Of a stretch of 64,000 bases of DNA, positions 54,135 to 63,534 are shown piece after piece. Under the pieces are notes generated by a model. That model saw only the letters and a program-made list of their open reading frames with translations, had not been told where the DNA came from and made no database searches. How positions within the stretch are numbered: the stretch's first letter is position 1; every line of letters begins with the position of its first letter. The stretch spans positions 32,001-96,000 of the IMG/VR virus record IMGVR_UViG_3300009512_000010. One strand, 5' to 3'. Source of the stretch: a virus. Both the position numbers and the translations under genes were made by a program.

Positions 54135-54379
54135 TCGATACCACCATCAATGTTAGGCCACTCAATACGCTCAATACGACTTTCGAGATTGCTTCTATCA
54201 AGATCCGTAGAAGATCCTAGCTGTACGTCTCTGCCCTTGTAATACAATTGTGGATAGGTGGAATGGCCTTTTGGTAATGGCTCATTATTAACCGTTTCAT
54301 ATTCTAACTCCCAATCATCAAGCTTCTCTTTGAGAAAATGACAATAAACGCATTTATCTTTGGTGTATAATACTAGCAT
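54131..54379 (-). CDS. glutaredoxin
   Basis: LYTK..CVYC, TYPQL. Confidence 0.85.
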   Translation of the reverse strand: MLVLYTKDKCVYCHFLKEKLDDWELEYETVNNEPLPKGHSTYPQLYYKGRDVQLGSSTDLDRSNLESRIERIEWPNIDGGIE

Positions 54380-55317
54380 TAGACAAACTCCACGTTAGCC
54401 ATGATCTCAGTCATACAAGCCACAACGTTTAGCTCATGATCTGCGACAAATGCATTCTTATATTGATAATCTGCTAGGATTAGAACTAGTTGAGGAATTG
54501 ACTGTGGGGAAACCTTTTCACCCATAGCATCGTAGATACCACGAAAGATAGCAGAAGCATCAACATCAATGTTGTTGACAACCCATGTACGCATCTTCTT
54601 AAAGTTCTTATCTTTAAGATGTCCTAAGAGATCATTATACTGACTACTAGTGCCCACCATCCGATTACTAATAACCAAGTGCCCACTCGTTCCAGAACGT
54701 TGTGCTTCGTTAAGAATCCTTCGCCAGTCGGGGGCGTGTTTAAGGATGATCTCTGCCGCATCTTTTGTTTCATAGGTTACACCTTCTGAATTAAGAATTG
54801 TGCCAAGACGACCTAAGAAACCTTCAGCTAGAGTAGCCATCTGCTTCTTAGACGTGTTGAATTCATAGACGCCACACCGTGAGTGGAGTGGTTCGATAAT
54901 ACGGTTCTTGAAGTTACATGTCAGGATAAACCGACAATTGTTCGAGAACTCTTCAATAAAGCCACGCAATGCTGGTTGCGTAGACTGTGGATTTAGATAG
55001 TCAGCCTCATCAAGGATAACCACCTTGTAGCCACCTTGCAATGATACAGACGAAGCAAACTGCTTAATCTTACCACGCAAGGTGTCAATGTTACCTTCTT
55101 CGGATCCATTAACTAAAATGTAATCCAAGTCTAGTTCATTACATAGTGCTTTGGCTACGGTTGTCTTTCCAAGTCCCGCTGTACCAGTGAATAGCATATT
55201 AGGCACTTCACCAGAGTCAACGATACCTTGGAAAGTATCTTTCAAATCTTTAGGCAAGATAGTATCTTTAATAGTCTTTGGGCGATACTTCTCTACCCAT
55301 AAAAAGTCTTTAGACAT
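54379..55317 (-). CDS. 44: clamp loader large subunit gp44
   Basis: WVEKYRP, GTAGLGKTT, LDEAD, LHSRC. Confidence 0.95.
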   Translation of the reverse strand: MSKDFLWVEKYRPKTIKDTILPKDLKDTFQGIVDSGEVPNMLFTGTAGLGKTTVAKALCNELDLDYILVNGSEEGNIDTLRGKIKQFASSVSLQGGYKVVILDEADYLNPQSTQPALRGFIEEFSNNCRFILTCNFKNRIIEPLHSRCGVYEFNTSKKQMATLAEGFLGRLGTILNSEGVTYETKDAAEIILKHAPDWRRILNEAQRSGTSGHLVISNRMVGTSSQYNDLLGHLKDKNFKKMRTWVVNNIDVDASAIFRGIYDAMGEKVSPQSIPQLVLILADYQYKNAFVADHELNVVACMTEIMANVEFV

Positions 55318-55381
55318 TCACGTTCTCCATGATCAAGTTAATTCATTATATAGTATATTGGAGTGGTTGTAAACCTCTAGT

Positions 55382-55606
55382 TTACGACTTGCTTCCCTTC
55401 GCTTCATATGCTTCAGACAAAGAGATAGCTTGAATGGATTGGTCACGCAATGTGCCAATTGTAGAAAGCTCTTCTCCACGAAATCCACCACGTTGTACAA
55501 TAGCGTCAATAACTGCGACTGTACTGCGTCCGATTTGAGCCATCAGACTATATGCCTGAGCATGCTCGTCTGTCGTAGGGGTTGGGGTAGGTGTATTCTT
55601 GCTCAT
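55382..55606 (-). CDS. hypothetical protein
   Basis: IDAIVQRGGFRGEELSTIG.LR motif. Confidence 0.7.
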   Translation of the reverse strand: MSKNTPTPTPTTDEHAQAYSLMAQIGRSTVAVIDAIVQRGGFRGEELSTIGTLRDQSIQAISLSEAYEAKGSKS

Positions 55607-55609
55607 AAT

Positions 55610-56290
55610 TTAAGCTCCGTATGTTGATGATTTTTCGAATGCAATCCAGTAAGAGATGCCAAGTTCGGCACAACTGAATAGTGAGATGTTCTTTGATGAG
55701 ATAGAAACTTCATAATTACCTGGAATCAGTTTAAGATTAGCAATTGTTACAATGAAGTTAAATGTCGCAGTAGTGTCAAAGTCACCAACTACGTCGATAG
55801 AGTATACATTAGAAGTGGCATTCTTACTATCAACAACAGACAACGTAAGCACACCATCACTGCCTGTAATGGATAACTCTGTATGTCCTAGTGCGGATGC
55901 GGCTCGTTTAACACGACCTAGAGTGTCAGCATCTAATGTGAAGTTTACGTCACTTGTTGGCATTACCACATTCTTACGTGGTTTAGTCAACATCTCAGGA
56001 TCTGAATAGAAATACTTGATCTTACTTCTACCAGAAGAATCACTAACGGTAAGATAGTCGTCAGAGAAATCTAGATTGGGAGTATCAACTAAGGACAACA
56101 CCCCAAGGAATGAGTTCAAGTCATATACACCGAATGTAGTCGGAAAGTCTTCAACAATTTGTGCTGATGACAAGATATTAGTGGCTTCCGAAATTGTTCG
56201 GACAGTGTTACCCTTCTCAATGACCATGTTGGAATTGATACCAGCATAGTTCTTAAGGATTGATAGCGTGTTTTCAGATAGTTCCATCAT
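55610..56290 (-). CDS. 45: sliding clamp gp45
   Basis: LS..TL.ILKN.A.IN, FG.YDL..FL, Y.IA.E..S; syntenic with genes 44/62. Confidence 0.93.
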   Translation of the reverse strand: MMELSENTLSILKNYAGINSNMVIEKGNTVRTISEATNILSSAQIVEDFPTTFGVYDLNSFLGVLSLVDTPNLDFSDDYLTVSDSSGRSKIKYFYSDPEMLTKPRKNVVMPTSDVNFTLDADTLGRVKRAASALGHTELSITGSDGVLTLSVVDSKNATSNVYSIDVVGDFDTTATFNFIVTIANLKLIPGNYEVSISSKNISLFSCAELGISYWIAFEKSSTYGA

Positions 56291-56349
56291 ATGGCTCCAT
56301 AGTTATAATGTAAATTAGTATAGCTCAGTTAGAACTATATGTCAAGTAG

Positions 56350-58065
56350 TTACTTCATCTTACTGAAGTTTTTGTCCTTAAAGAAGGTTAGCTTCTTATC
56401 GAACTTTCCGTCTAAGATCTCTCCTTTATGTGAGATTACAAATACGTTTGTTTCATCTCCCAAACTATATATGATCTTCATTAGATTGTCAACCCCATCA
56501 TGATCCAATGACGAGTCAAATGTTTCGTCAAGGATTAATAGGTTAGTGGATATTGAATTCTTCATCTTAGCAATCATGCGCCAAGTGAATAGTAGTGCTA
56601 GATCGATGCGTTGCTTCTCGCCTTCTGAGAATGAATCGTATGAGAATGTGTCACGATGACGTGATCTGATAGTCTCACTGAAGTTCTCATCCAGATTAAA
56701 GTGCACAAAGAAGTCTAGAATTTGTAGGTACTTATTCACCAAGTTATTGATGACAGGCAAATACTGTTTAATGATCTTAGTCTTGATGCCTGTGTCTTTA
56801 AGCATCTCACTCATAGCAATGTTGTATGCCAATGTCTCATTATCTGTAAGACGAGTTTCGAATGCGGTTTCACGCTCTTCTTGTAGATCTACAAGGTTGT
56901 TGCGCTCCTTAGAGATGTCGCCATCTTTACCACGAATAGCTTCCATTTTATCTTGGAGATCTTTGATGTGAGACTGTAGTCTAGCTATCTCCCTATTGTT
57001 AGCATTAGTGTCATTTGTTTTCGAAGCAATTATCTGTACCTTTTCATTTAATACATTCAGCCTATCCTCAATGGTACGTGCTTCACTATTAGCCTTAGTC
57101 AATCCCTTTTTAAGTTCAACCGCACGGCTCTTAGCCTTTTTAAGCTTCTGCCCCTTAAGATCTTCGGTGATGCCCTGTTCACATGTAGGGCAGTTATCAT
57201 TAGTATCAAAGAACTGCGCTTCAGCGACCACCGTACTAATCTGTTGAGTAATAGTCGCTTGGAAATGTAACAGTGATGTCTTATTGTTGTTAGTAGTGGA
57301 TAGACCATCAGATAGGCCATCAGATAGGGATTCTATCTCAAGACCAATAGATTCATTCTCTTCTTGCAATTGACGAATAGTTTCACGAGACATATCAACT
57401 TGCTCTTCACTATCGCTAATTTGTTCACCGCTTAGGTTCTCAACCTCTCGAATATACTTCTTCTGTAGGTCAATCTTCTCTTGGTATAGATCAATTTGGT
57501 ATGTAGTCTCACGAATGTTCTCTTTGAGTTCAGAGTTCTTCTCTTTAACCAATCCGTTCATCTTAGAGAATACACCAATGTCCAAGAGATCCTCAATCAC
57601 CTCACGACGATGTGCCGAAGACAACTGCATGAATGGTACGAATGATGACGAACCAAGCACAACGATTTGATGGAATGATTTGTGATTAAGCTTTAAGATG
57701 TTCTGTTCTAAGATCCGTTGGTAATCACGTGCATGTGATGACTGGTTGATCATACCACCATCTTTGTAGATTTCAAATTTAGTAGGCTTAATACCACGCA
57801 CAACCCTAAAGTCGGTCTGCCCAATAGAGAACTCTACCTCAACGATACAATCCTTCTTGTTTATTGAGTTGACTAACTGTCCCTTTGAAATGCTACGATG
57901 TGGTTTTCCGAATAGAGCAAGTGAGATACCGTCTAACATAGTAGACTTACCTGCGCCATTATGACCAAGGACAAGTGTGGACTTAGTATCAGTAAAGTCT
58001 ATCGTAGTCCAAGTGTTCCCAGACGATAGTAAGTTCTTATACTTAAGAGTTTTGAATACAATCAT
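56350..58065 (-). CDS. 46: recombination ATPase gp46 (SbcC/Rad50-like)
   Basis: GHNGAGKST, CPTC hook, FSEGEKQRIDLALL, LDETFDSSLD, ISH. Confidence 0.95.
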   Translation of the reverse strand: MIVFKTLKYKNLLSSGNTWTTIDFTDTKSTLVLGHNGAGKSTMLDGISLALFGKPHRSISKGQLVNSINKKDCIVEVEFSIGQTDFRVVRGIKPTKFEIYKDGGMINQSSHARDYQRILEQNILKLNHKSFHQIVVLGSSSFVPFMQLSSAHRREVIEDLLDIGVFSKMNGLVKEKNSELKENIRETTYQIDLYQEKIDLQKKYIREVENLSGEQISDSEEQVDMSRETIRQLQEENESIGLEIESLSDGLSDGLSTTNNNKTSLLHFQATITQQISTVVAEAQFFDTNDNCPTCEQGITEDLKGQKLKKAKSRAVELKKGLTKANSEARTIEDRLNVLNEKVQIIASKTNDTNANNREIARLQSHIKDLQDKMEAIRGKDGDISKERNNLVDLQEERETAFETRLTDNETLAYNIAMSEMLKDTGIKTKIIKQYLPVINNLVNKYLQILDFFVHFNLDENFSETIRSRHRDTFSYDSFSEGEKQRIDLALLFTWRMIAKMKNSISTNLLILDETFDSSLDHDGVDNLMKIIYSLGDETNVFVISHKGEILDGKFDKKLTFFKDKNFSKMK

Positions 58066-58289
58066 GCTACACCTATCATCTCAACGTCTGCTTCGGTTTC
58101 AATCCACAGTTTAGCACCACACGGTCTAGGGGAGTCGGGACGGTAAACCATCTTTGAAGATCCCTTGATATCAACTTCCATACAGTATGTGATATCACGA
58201 CCCTGTTCTACTCGAACCACAGGCTTACTCTCATCACGTTTGTTATTACGCTGAATGATGTTCCTGTTAATGTGTATAATAGTTGTCAT
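58062..58289 (-). CDS. hypothetical protein
   Basis: IIHINR...P.PCGAKLWIET conserved phage motif. Confidence 0.7.
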   Translation of the reverse strand: MTTIIHINRNIIQRNNKRDESKPVVRVEQGRDITYCMEVDIKGSSKMVYRPDSPRPCGAKLWIETEADVEMIGVA

Positions 58290-59353
58290 ACTATTTCCAA
58301 CGACTGAGCCTCAGTAAATAGGTCTCGCATGCTCATCTTTAATCGATCCTTGTCAAGTTCCGTTACGACATTTTCGATATAGGCGTCTAGTAAAACAGAA
58401 GTCTCTTCAGCCGATATACCTTCATCAGATACTTTGTCACCAAGAAACTCTTGAAAGGTCTCGGCAATCTTAAGATCATGAATGTCTCTGTTTTGTATTC
58501 TATCAACAAATCGATCAAATGTAAAGAGGTCAATCTTAGTTAATACGATTATCTTTACAAACTTGCCATCTACTTGACTGAAGTCGTATGCGTCATACTT
58601 ATCAGACTTATGAGAATCGTCATAATATATACGATGAAACAGAGTATGTGGATTACGCACTTCGGTAATCTCACGTGTTTCGGTATCTAATGTATGGAAG
58701 TATTTGTTGTCATGAGCATCAGACCAAGTGAACTCTAACTGAGATCCAAGGTAATGAATGTTGTCTTGATTCGATTTAGTGTGGAAGTGTCCAGACATAA
58801 CTAACTCAAACCTAGAGAACAATGCAGGATCCATACCTTTAGGGTTTACTACACCCTTCATCATATCAAAACCCTGTAGCTCTAGGTGACCACCCAAGAT
58901 ATCAGCCTTACAGTTTGCAATGAAGTCTAGGCTTTCAGCTTCGTTCTCATCACAAATCCAAGGCAACAATGCCATCTTCATACCATCGTAGTCCATCACT
59001 GTAGGTTTGTGTACAATGTGGATCTCATTCATATAGTGACCAAGTAGCTCTTTCAAGCTATTCAGTTCATTAGTATTCTTGAAGAATGTGTCATGGTTAC
59101 CACAGATGATGTCCATGGTAATGCCATAGTCTCTCAGTTTCGCAAGAAAGAACTGGCGGTTACGATTAAGAGCATTGAAGTTAATGAACTTTCTGTTATC
59201 AAAGTAATCACCAAGATGCACGATATGCTTAATATCATGCGCCAAAAGGTGAGGAAAGAATACATCAGTATAGAACTTCTCAGCATTATTGAGAAAGATA
59301 TCATCACTATTGCGCACCCCAAGATGGGTATCATTTAGAATTGCAATTTTCAT
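58286..59353 (-). CDS. 47: recombination nuclease gp47 (SbcD/Mre11-like)
   Basis: DTHLG, HLGD.FD, GNHD, GHLE, SGHFH. Confidence 0.95.
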   Translation of the reverse strand: MKIAILNDTHLGVRNSDDIFLNNAEKFYTDVFFPHLLAHDIKHIVHLGDYFDNRKFINFNALNRNRQFFLAKLRDYGITMDIICGNHDTFFKNTNELNSLKELLGHYMNEIHIVHKPTVMDYDGMKMALLPWICDENEAESLDFIANCKADILGGHLELQGFDMMKGVVNPKGMDPALFSRFELVMSGHFHTKSNQDNIHYLGSQLEFTWSDAHDNKYFHTLDTETREITEVRNPHTLFHRIYYDDSHKSDKYDAYDFSQVDGKFVKIIVLTKIDLFTFDRFVDRIQNRDIHDLKIAETFQEFLGDKVSDEGISAEETSVLLDAYIENVVTELDKDRLKMSMRDLFTEAQSLEIV

Positions 59354-59359
59354 TATAAA

Positions 59360-59965
59360 TTAGTCCTTATCGTTTAGGAACTCACTAAGATCAGAATCGG
59401 CTTTAACTTCTCGCTTCTTACGTTTCTTCTCCGCTTTAACAAACTCTTTAACAACACTATCGTTCTCTTTGACCTTTTCGATACGATCTTTCAAGATATC
59501 AACATAGTTAGTACCAACCAACCTACTGAACTCTTCAGACATGTCTAGGCTCATAAACGCTTCAACGCCTTGAGTTGTCATAAATTTGTACTTAATGTCT
59601 TGTTGTTTCTTCTCTTTAGCGATCCGTCGAAGGAATGCATACCAAGAGATCTGAGTGAAGTACGCAAACGCATTGGGTTTACCTGTACGTGTAGCCGCCT
59701 CAATGTTGTAATTTTCAACTGCACGTAAACAATTCTCAACTGCATCCATAACCATCTCTTCACGGTAAGTGTACCGAATGAAGTTAGATTTGTGAGACAG
59801 TCCTTCAGCAATCTTTAGAAAGCATTGAGCAATGTAATTAGGAACAATAGGTAGTGCAACCTCATTGTCCTTAGCAATCATAACAGTCTTCACATACTCA
59901 ACAACAGACGCAGAAAACTCTGCATTGTTAACGTAGTGAATACTAGCTCTTTTGGTTCGTGCCAT
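59360..59965 (-). CDS. 55: late-transcription sigma factor gp55
   Basis: HYVNN..F, IAEGLS..NF..YTYREEMV.D, NAFAYFTQI...AFLRRI.KEKKQ. Confidence 0.95.
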   Translation of the reverse strand: MARTKRASIHYVNNAEFSASVVEYVKTVMIAKDNEVALPIVPNYIAQCFLKIAEGLSHKSNFIRYTYREEMVMDAVENCLRAVENYNIEAATRTGKPNAFAYFTQISWYAFLRRIAKEKKQQDIKYKFMTTQGVEAFMSLDMSEEFSRLVGTNYVDILKDRIEKVKENDSVVKEFVKAEKKRKKREVKADSDLSEFLNDKD

Positions 59966-59989
59966 TAGTGGCTCCTTTCAATTACAATT

Positions 59990-60018
59990 ATTGTACCACA
60001 TATGACACAGGTTGTAAA
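59990..60018 (-). promoter_or_regulatory. sigma70 promoter of gene 55
   Basis: TTTACA-17-TACAAT. Confidence 0.65.
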
Positions 60019-60030
60019 GCATAAAATAGA

Positions 60031-60118
60031 GTTGTACTTTGATGCCTACAAAGTATAACTAATGCCTGCATGTTGTACTTTGATGCCTACAAAGTATAAC
60101 TAATGCCTGCATGTTGTA
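60031..60118. repeat. 41-bp tandem repeat (two copies plus a partial) with internal palindrome
   Basis: gttgtactttgatgcctacaaagtataactaatgcctgcat at 60031-60071 and 60072-60112, then gttgta. Confidence 0.92.
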
Positions 60119-60127
60119 TTTTAGGGG

Positions 60128-60156
60128 TTGACAGAATCGCTATTCTATAGTATAAT
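60128..60156 (+). promoter_or_regulatory. perfect sigma70 promoter firing antisense to the uvsW region
   Basis: TTGACA-17-TATAAT on the plus strand, GAATC at 60134-60138, no credible plus-strand gene downstream. Confidence 0.75.
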
Positions 60157-60189
60157 AAAGTAACACTTTGGGAAACAGGGGAGAGAGTA

Positions 60190-60594
60190 TTAATGCATCT
60201 TATCTTTGCGATTCCTTAAAAAGGAAATGATGTTATCTTTCTCTTCTTCTGTCACTACAGACAGGCTTTCCTCTATAGATTCCTCAACAGCCTCTTCTAG
60301 ATTCATATCTATTTGAAGAAACTTAACTGTTTCTGTGTAGTTATCTATAGTCTCTGGTGCGGGCTGTGCATCAAGAGTGATGTGTCCAGCATTCAAAACC
60401 ATAATCATATCATGTTGTACTTGTTGTAGCATCCACGGACGCATAGAGCACATACGATGCTCATCCTTCATCACATAGTGTATGACTAGGGCATTCTTAA
60501 TGACAACCTCATCAGATTCATCACTGTTCCAATCTATTACGTCACAGACAATCTCAGACCCATCTACTAGCTTAAACTGTCTTATATCACTCAT
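60190..60594 (-). CDS. conserved T4-like hypothetical protein (possible Sm-like fold)
   Basis: KLVDGSEIVC...MRPWM pattern; lies between uvsW and gene 55. Confidence 0.7.
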   Translation of the reverse strand: MSDIRQFKLVDGSEIVCDVIDWNSDESDEVVIKNALVIHYVMKDEHRMCSMRPWMLQQVQHDMIMVLNAGHITLDAQPAPETIDNYTETVKFLQIDMNLEEAVEESIEESLSVVTEEEKDNIISFLRNRKDKMH

Positions 60595-62105
60595 TGTTTT
60601 AGTTCCACTTCATATATTTTGTGCTTAAATGATTCCCTTGCGTATATCTTAACACGTTCTGCCGAATGTAAAAGGGTGTAATTCTTTCGGCTCTTCCAGT
60701 GTAAATCATCTGCAATATCATATAACTGTGTAGTCGATCCATCATCTGAGTTACGCAGTCCACGTCCGATAGACTGTAGGACTTTAACCTGTGACTTAGA
60801 CGGTGATGCAAACACAATGTTATGTAGGTTACGAATATTGATCCCTGTAGAGAACGTACCTAAACTTGCTACAATGATTGCATTCTTTTGTGTTTCAATG
60901 ATTTGCCTGATTGCTTCCCTATCATTAGTATCTACCTCACCAGACACAAAGAAGATCTTACGCTTACTGTGTGCTTTGTTCTTAATTAACTCATATAGTA
61001 CTTTACCATGCTTTTCAACATATTGAAAGAGAACTAACGTGTTCCCACTCTGATCTAAAGCTAGGTTAGTGATTAAGCGGTTTCTTGCTTCATTTTTTAC
61101 GATAAAGTCTAGTTCCGCATGGTAGTCTTTCTTACCCCAAGCCTTTCTAACATCTTCTGGATATTTAAGTAATAGAACCTTAATATCTAACGGTGCTAGT
61201 GTATTATCGTCTTGAAGCTTCTTTGTGGTTGTAACATTATATATACGTCCAAATAGTCCTTCTAACACCAACTTGTGTGTTTTAGTTCCATCAAGTGTAC
61301 CTGTTGTACCAAATCTATACTCAGCTTCTCTACTCTTATTCATGATGCCAGTAAGCGACTTGGATTTAAAGTTGTGTACCTCATCTCCAAAGATGGTGCC
61401 AAACTGTTCAAACCATACTCCAGGTAATTTGTAGATAGACTGCCATGTCGATACGAATACACGTTGGCTCATGTTCATCTTAGGTTTACCAGAATAGATC
61501 CTGTGCACTTCCTTCTCTACATCAAAGCTCTCGTCATAGGTTGAGTAGTCTTCGAAATCTGCATACATCTGTTGCACCAAGGATGTTGTGGGAACAACAA
61601 CCAACACCTTCTTAGTGGAGTTCTGTAGCATCCACCGCATCAGCATATAGATGATCAATGACTTACCAGATCCTGTTGGTGATAGTAGAATGGCTCTTTT
61701 ACGATGAACAGCCTCTACCATTGCCTCTAATTGGTATTCTCTAGGAGCAATCTTATTACCCCGACTTGTTAACTTTAGTCCTTTTACGAAGTTGATTAGA
61801 TCATCAAAGTCGATATCATTAACCGAGTCAGGTCTACCATAGTACGAATCGTGCTCAATTTCAATCACATAGCCACGTGCTTTGGCGAACTCTTCTACGT
61901 ATGAGAACAGGCCAATGGGCAACTCGCATGACTGAGAATTAAAGAGTCGGATCTTTCCATCCCACATCTTATTCCTATACGATGGTACGAACTTGTATCC
62001 TGGCACATAGAATGAGAAGAAGTCAACTAATTCATTTGCTATTCCGGGTATTGTGTGTACAAGACATACAGATTGATTCTTTTGGGTTATTACTAATTTA
62101 TCCAC
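60591..62105 (-). CDS. uvsW: DNA helicase UvsW
   Basis: SPTGSGKS, DEVH, TGTL, STGINI.NL, QSIGRGLR. Confidence 0.95.
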   Translation of the reverse strand: MDKLVITQKNQSVCLVHTIPGIANELVDFFSFYVPGYKFVPSYRNKMWDGKIRLFNSQSCELPIGLFSYVEEFAKARGYVIEIEHDSYYGRPDSVNDIDFDDLINFVKGLKLTSRGNKIAPREYQLEAMVEAVHRKRAILLSPTGSGKSLIIYMLMRWMLQNSTKKVLVVVPTTSLVQQMYADFEDYSTYDESFDVEKEVHRIYSGKPKMNMSQRVFVSTWQSIYKLPGVWFEQFGTIFGDEVHNFKSKSLTGIMNKSREAEYRFGTTGTLDGTKTHKLVLEGLFGRIYNVTTTKKLQDDNTLAPLDIKVLLLKYPEDVRKAWGKKDYHAELDFIVKNEARNRLITNLALDQSGNTLVLFQYVEKHGKVLYELIKNKAHSKRKIFFVSGEVDTNDREAIRQIIETQKNAIIVASLGTFSTGINIRNLHNIVFASPSKSQVKVLQSIGRGLRNSDDGSTTQLYDIADDLHWKSRKNYTLLHSAERVKIYARESFKHKIYEVELKQ

Positions 62106-62547
62106 CAGCTTCGAACTGCCTCCATTTAATCATGTTACCAATTGTTTGATGTCTCCAATTGATATTAGTAACGATTTCCTTAAGTGCTTCTACGTTAGTC
62201 TGTCGCAGTGTGATTAGTTCCACAGTCTTTTGGATATCAGTGTCAGCATCATAGTAGTAGTCCATCTCCCCCTTAAGAACTTTAAGACCATTGAACGGAT
62301 CGTATTCCCAACCCAAATCTTCAATTTGGTCTTGAGTTAGCTTACCATTATAGTAGAGCCACTTTTTCTTTAACAGTGATTTTTGTGAAAGTTCTGCCTT
62401 CTTCAACTGCAACTTGGCAATTGATAGAAGTTCTAGATACTTTGCGTGTAGTGTTGGTGAATTTCTACTAGTCTCATCTAGGTTGAATTGCTCAATAACA
62501 CTATCGGTTTTCCACATTTCCAGAACAGTTTCTAGGTTCATTATCAA
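62098..62547 (-). CDS. uvsY: recombination mediator UvsY
   Basis: LHAKYL, YYNGK, I.N.I.W..F.AG. Confidence 0.92.
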   Translation of the reverse strand: MIMNLETVLEMWKTDSVIEQFNLDETSRNSPTLHAKYLELLSIAKLQLKKAELSQKSLLKKKWLYYNGKLTQDQIEDLGWEYDPFNGLKVLKGEMDYYYDADTDIQKTVELITLRQTNVEALKEIVTNINWRHQTIGNMIKWRQFEAGG

Positions 62548-62574
62548 ACTCCATAATCATTTTATATACCTTAT

Positions 62575-63063
62575 CTATACGATATCAAAGTAGGTAAAAC
62601 TGAACGATATCGGCGCAGTGATGTATTGCACATCCGCCGCATTAGCAGTTAAGTTTACACTCCCAAGCAAAGTTGGGACGCAGTCTCTGTAGATGAATTT
62701 GTTCGTTGTGTTGTTGTGGCTAGACAGTATGGACAGTGTAATGTCGGCTACTGAAGAAACTCCTGCATCACTCGCACGAACATCTTTAGTCTCAACCAAG
62801 CGTTCTAACCATGTGTACATTTCTTTATAACCACTCATGTCCTCATCTAATAGGATCTCCATAGTCAATTCGTCATACAGGATCTTATCACCAGCAGTAT
62901 GAATTGCGACACGACTATACTGTACCTCAGTCTGTGCTACAGATACTGATGGGTGTACTACCGATTGAACAAAGAACTCAAGGTTAGGATAGTTTTTCCT
63001 ATTGATTGATATCTTGTATCCAGTTGGTTGTAAGAAGTTCTCGTTCTTGGTTAAAGTTGCCAT
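62575..63063 (-). CDS. 3: tail completion / sheath stabilizer gp3-like
   Basis: NFLQP.G.K, P.LEFF.Q.V..P, DE.M..Y.E...W, L.ILSS.N; located before uvsY. Confidence 0.8.
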   Translation of the reverse strand: MATLTKNENFLQPTGYKISINRKNYPNLEFFVQSVVHPSVSVAQTEVQYSRVAIHTAGDKILYDELTMEILLDEDMSGYKEMYTWLERLVETKDVRASDAGVSSVADITLSILSSHNNTTNKFIYRDCVPTLLGSVNLTANAADVQYITAPISFSFTYFDIV

Positions 63064-63072
63064 GGTCTTTCC

Positions 63073-63432
63073 TTAGAATTGTGGGACAGCTAGAGCATCG
63101 ATGTCGAAGTTTACGCTAACTCCACATCCACAACTACTCTTAGCGTTGGGGTTATTGACTTCAAAGTTGCTTCCTGTGAGACTTTGCACATAGTCAACTT
63201 CAGTGCCAATTAGAAACATAACACTAGCTGTGCTAATTACGAAGTTACCAGACTCACATTCAATGACTTCATCTTGAGGGTTTACTTCATCCGATTGCAT
63301 TGTACCCCAATCATACTCAAATCCTGCGCAACCACCACCTTTAAGGTTTAGGCTAATCGCATAACAATCGTTCTCAATACAAAGCCTACTAATCTGTGCA
63401 TCTGCTTTGGGGGTGACTGTGCATATAGTCAT
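63073..63432 (-). CDS. iscA: HesB/IscA Fe-S cluster carrier
   Basis: GGGCAGFEY, NPNAKSSCGCGVS. Confidence 0.9.
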   Translation of the reverse strand: MTICTVTPKADAQISRLCIENDCYAISLNLKGGGCAGFEYDWGTMQSDEVNPQDEVIECESGNFVISTASVMFLIGTEVDYVQSLTGSNFEVNNPNAKSSCGCGVSVNFDIDALAVPQF

Positions 63433-63453
63433 ATAGGTTCTCCTCTTCATGTC

Positions 63454-63461
63454 TATTTATA
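63454..63461 (-). promoter_or_regulatory. T4-type late promoter TATAAATA
   Basis: Exact match upstream of iscA and gene 3. Confidence 0.75.
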
Positions 63462-63475
63462 CTCAAAAATAATGC

Positions 63476-63504
63476 TTGACTGTGCATTTCGAATCATATA
63501 TAAA
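63476..63504 (+). promoter_or_regulatory. early sigma70 promoter with GANTC motif in spacer
   Basis: TTGACT-17-TATAAA; CGAATCA at 63490-63496. Confidence 0.7.
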
Positions 63505-63534
63505 GATGGTATAGCAACAGAGAAAGAGATCGAC

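Noticed and set aside
60031-60118. CRISPR mini-array (29 nt GTT...AAC palindromic repeat)
   Set aside because: The intervening 12 nt segments are identical and too short to be spacers, and there are no cas genes. It is better described as a 41 bp tandem repeat, although a CRISPR-repeat mimic cannot be fully excluded without a repeat database search.
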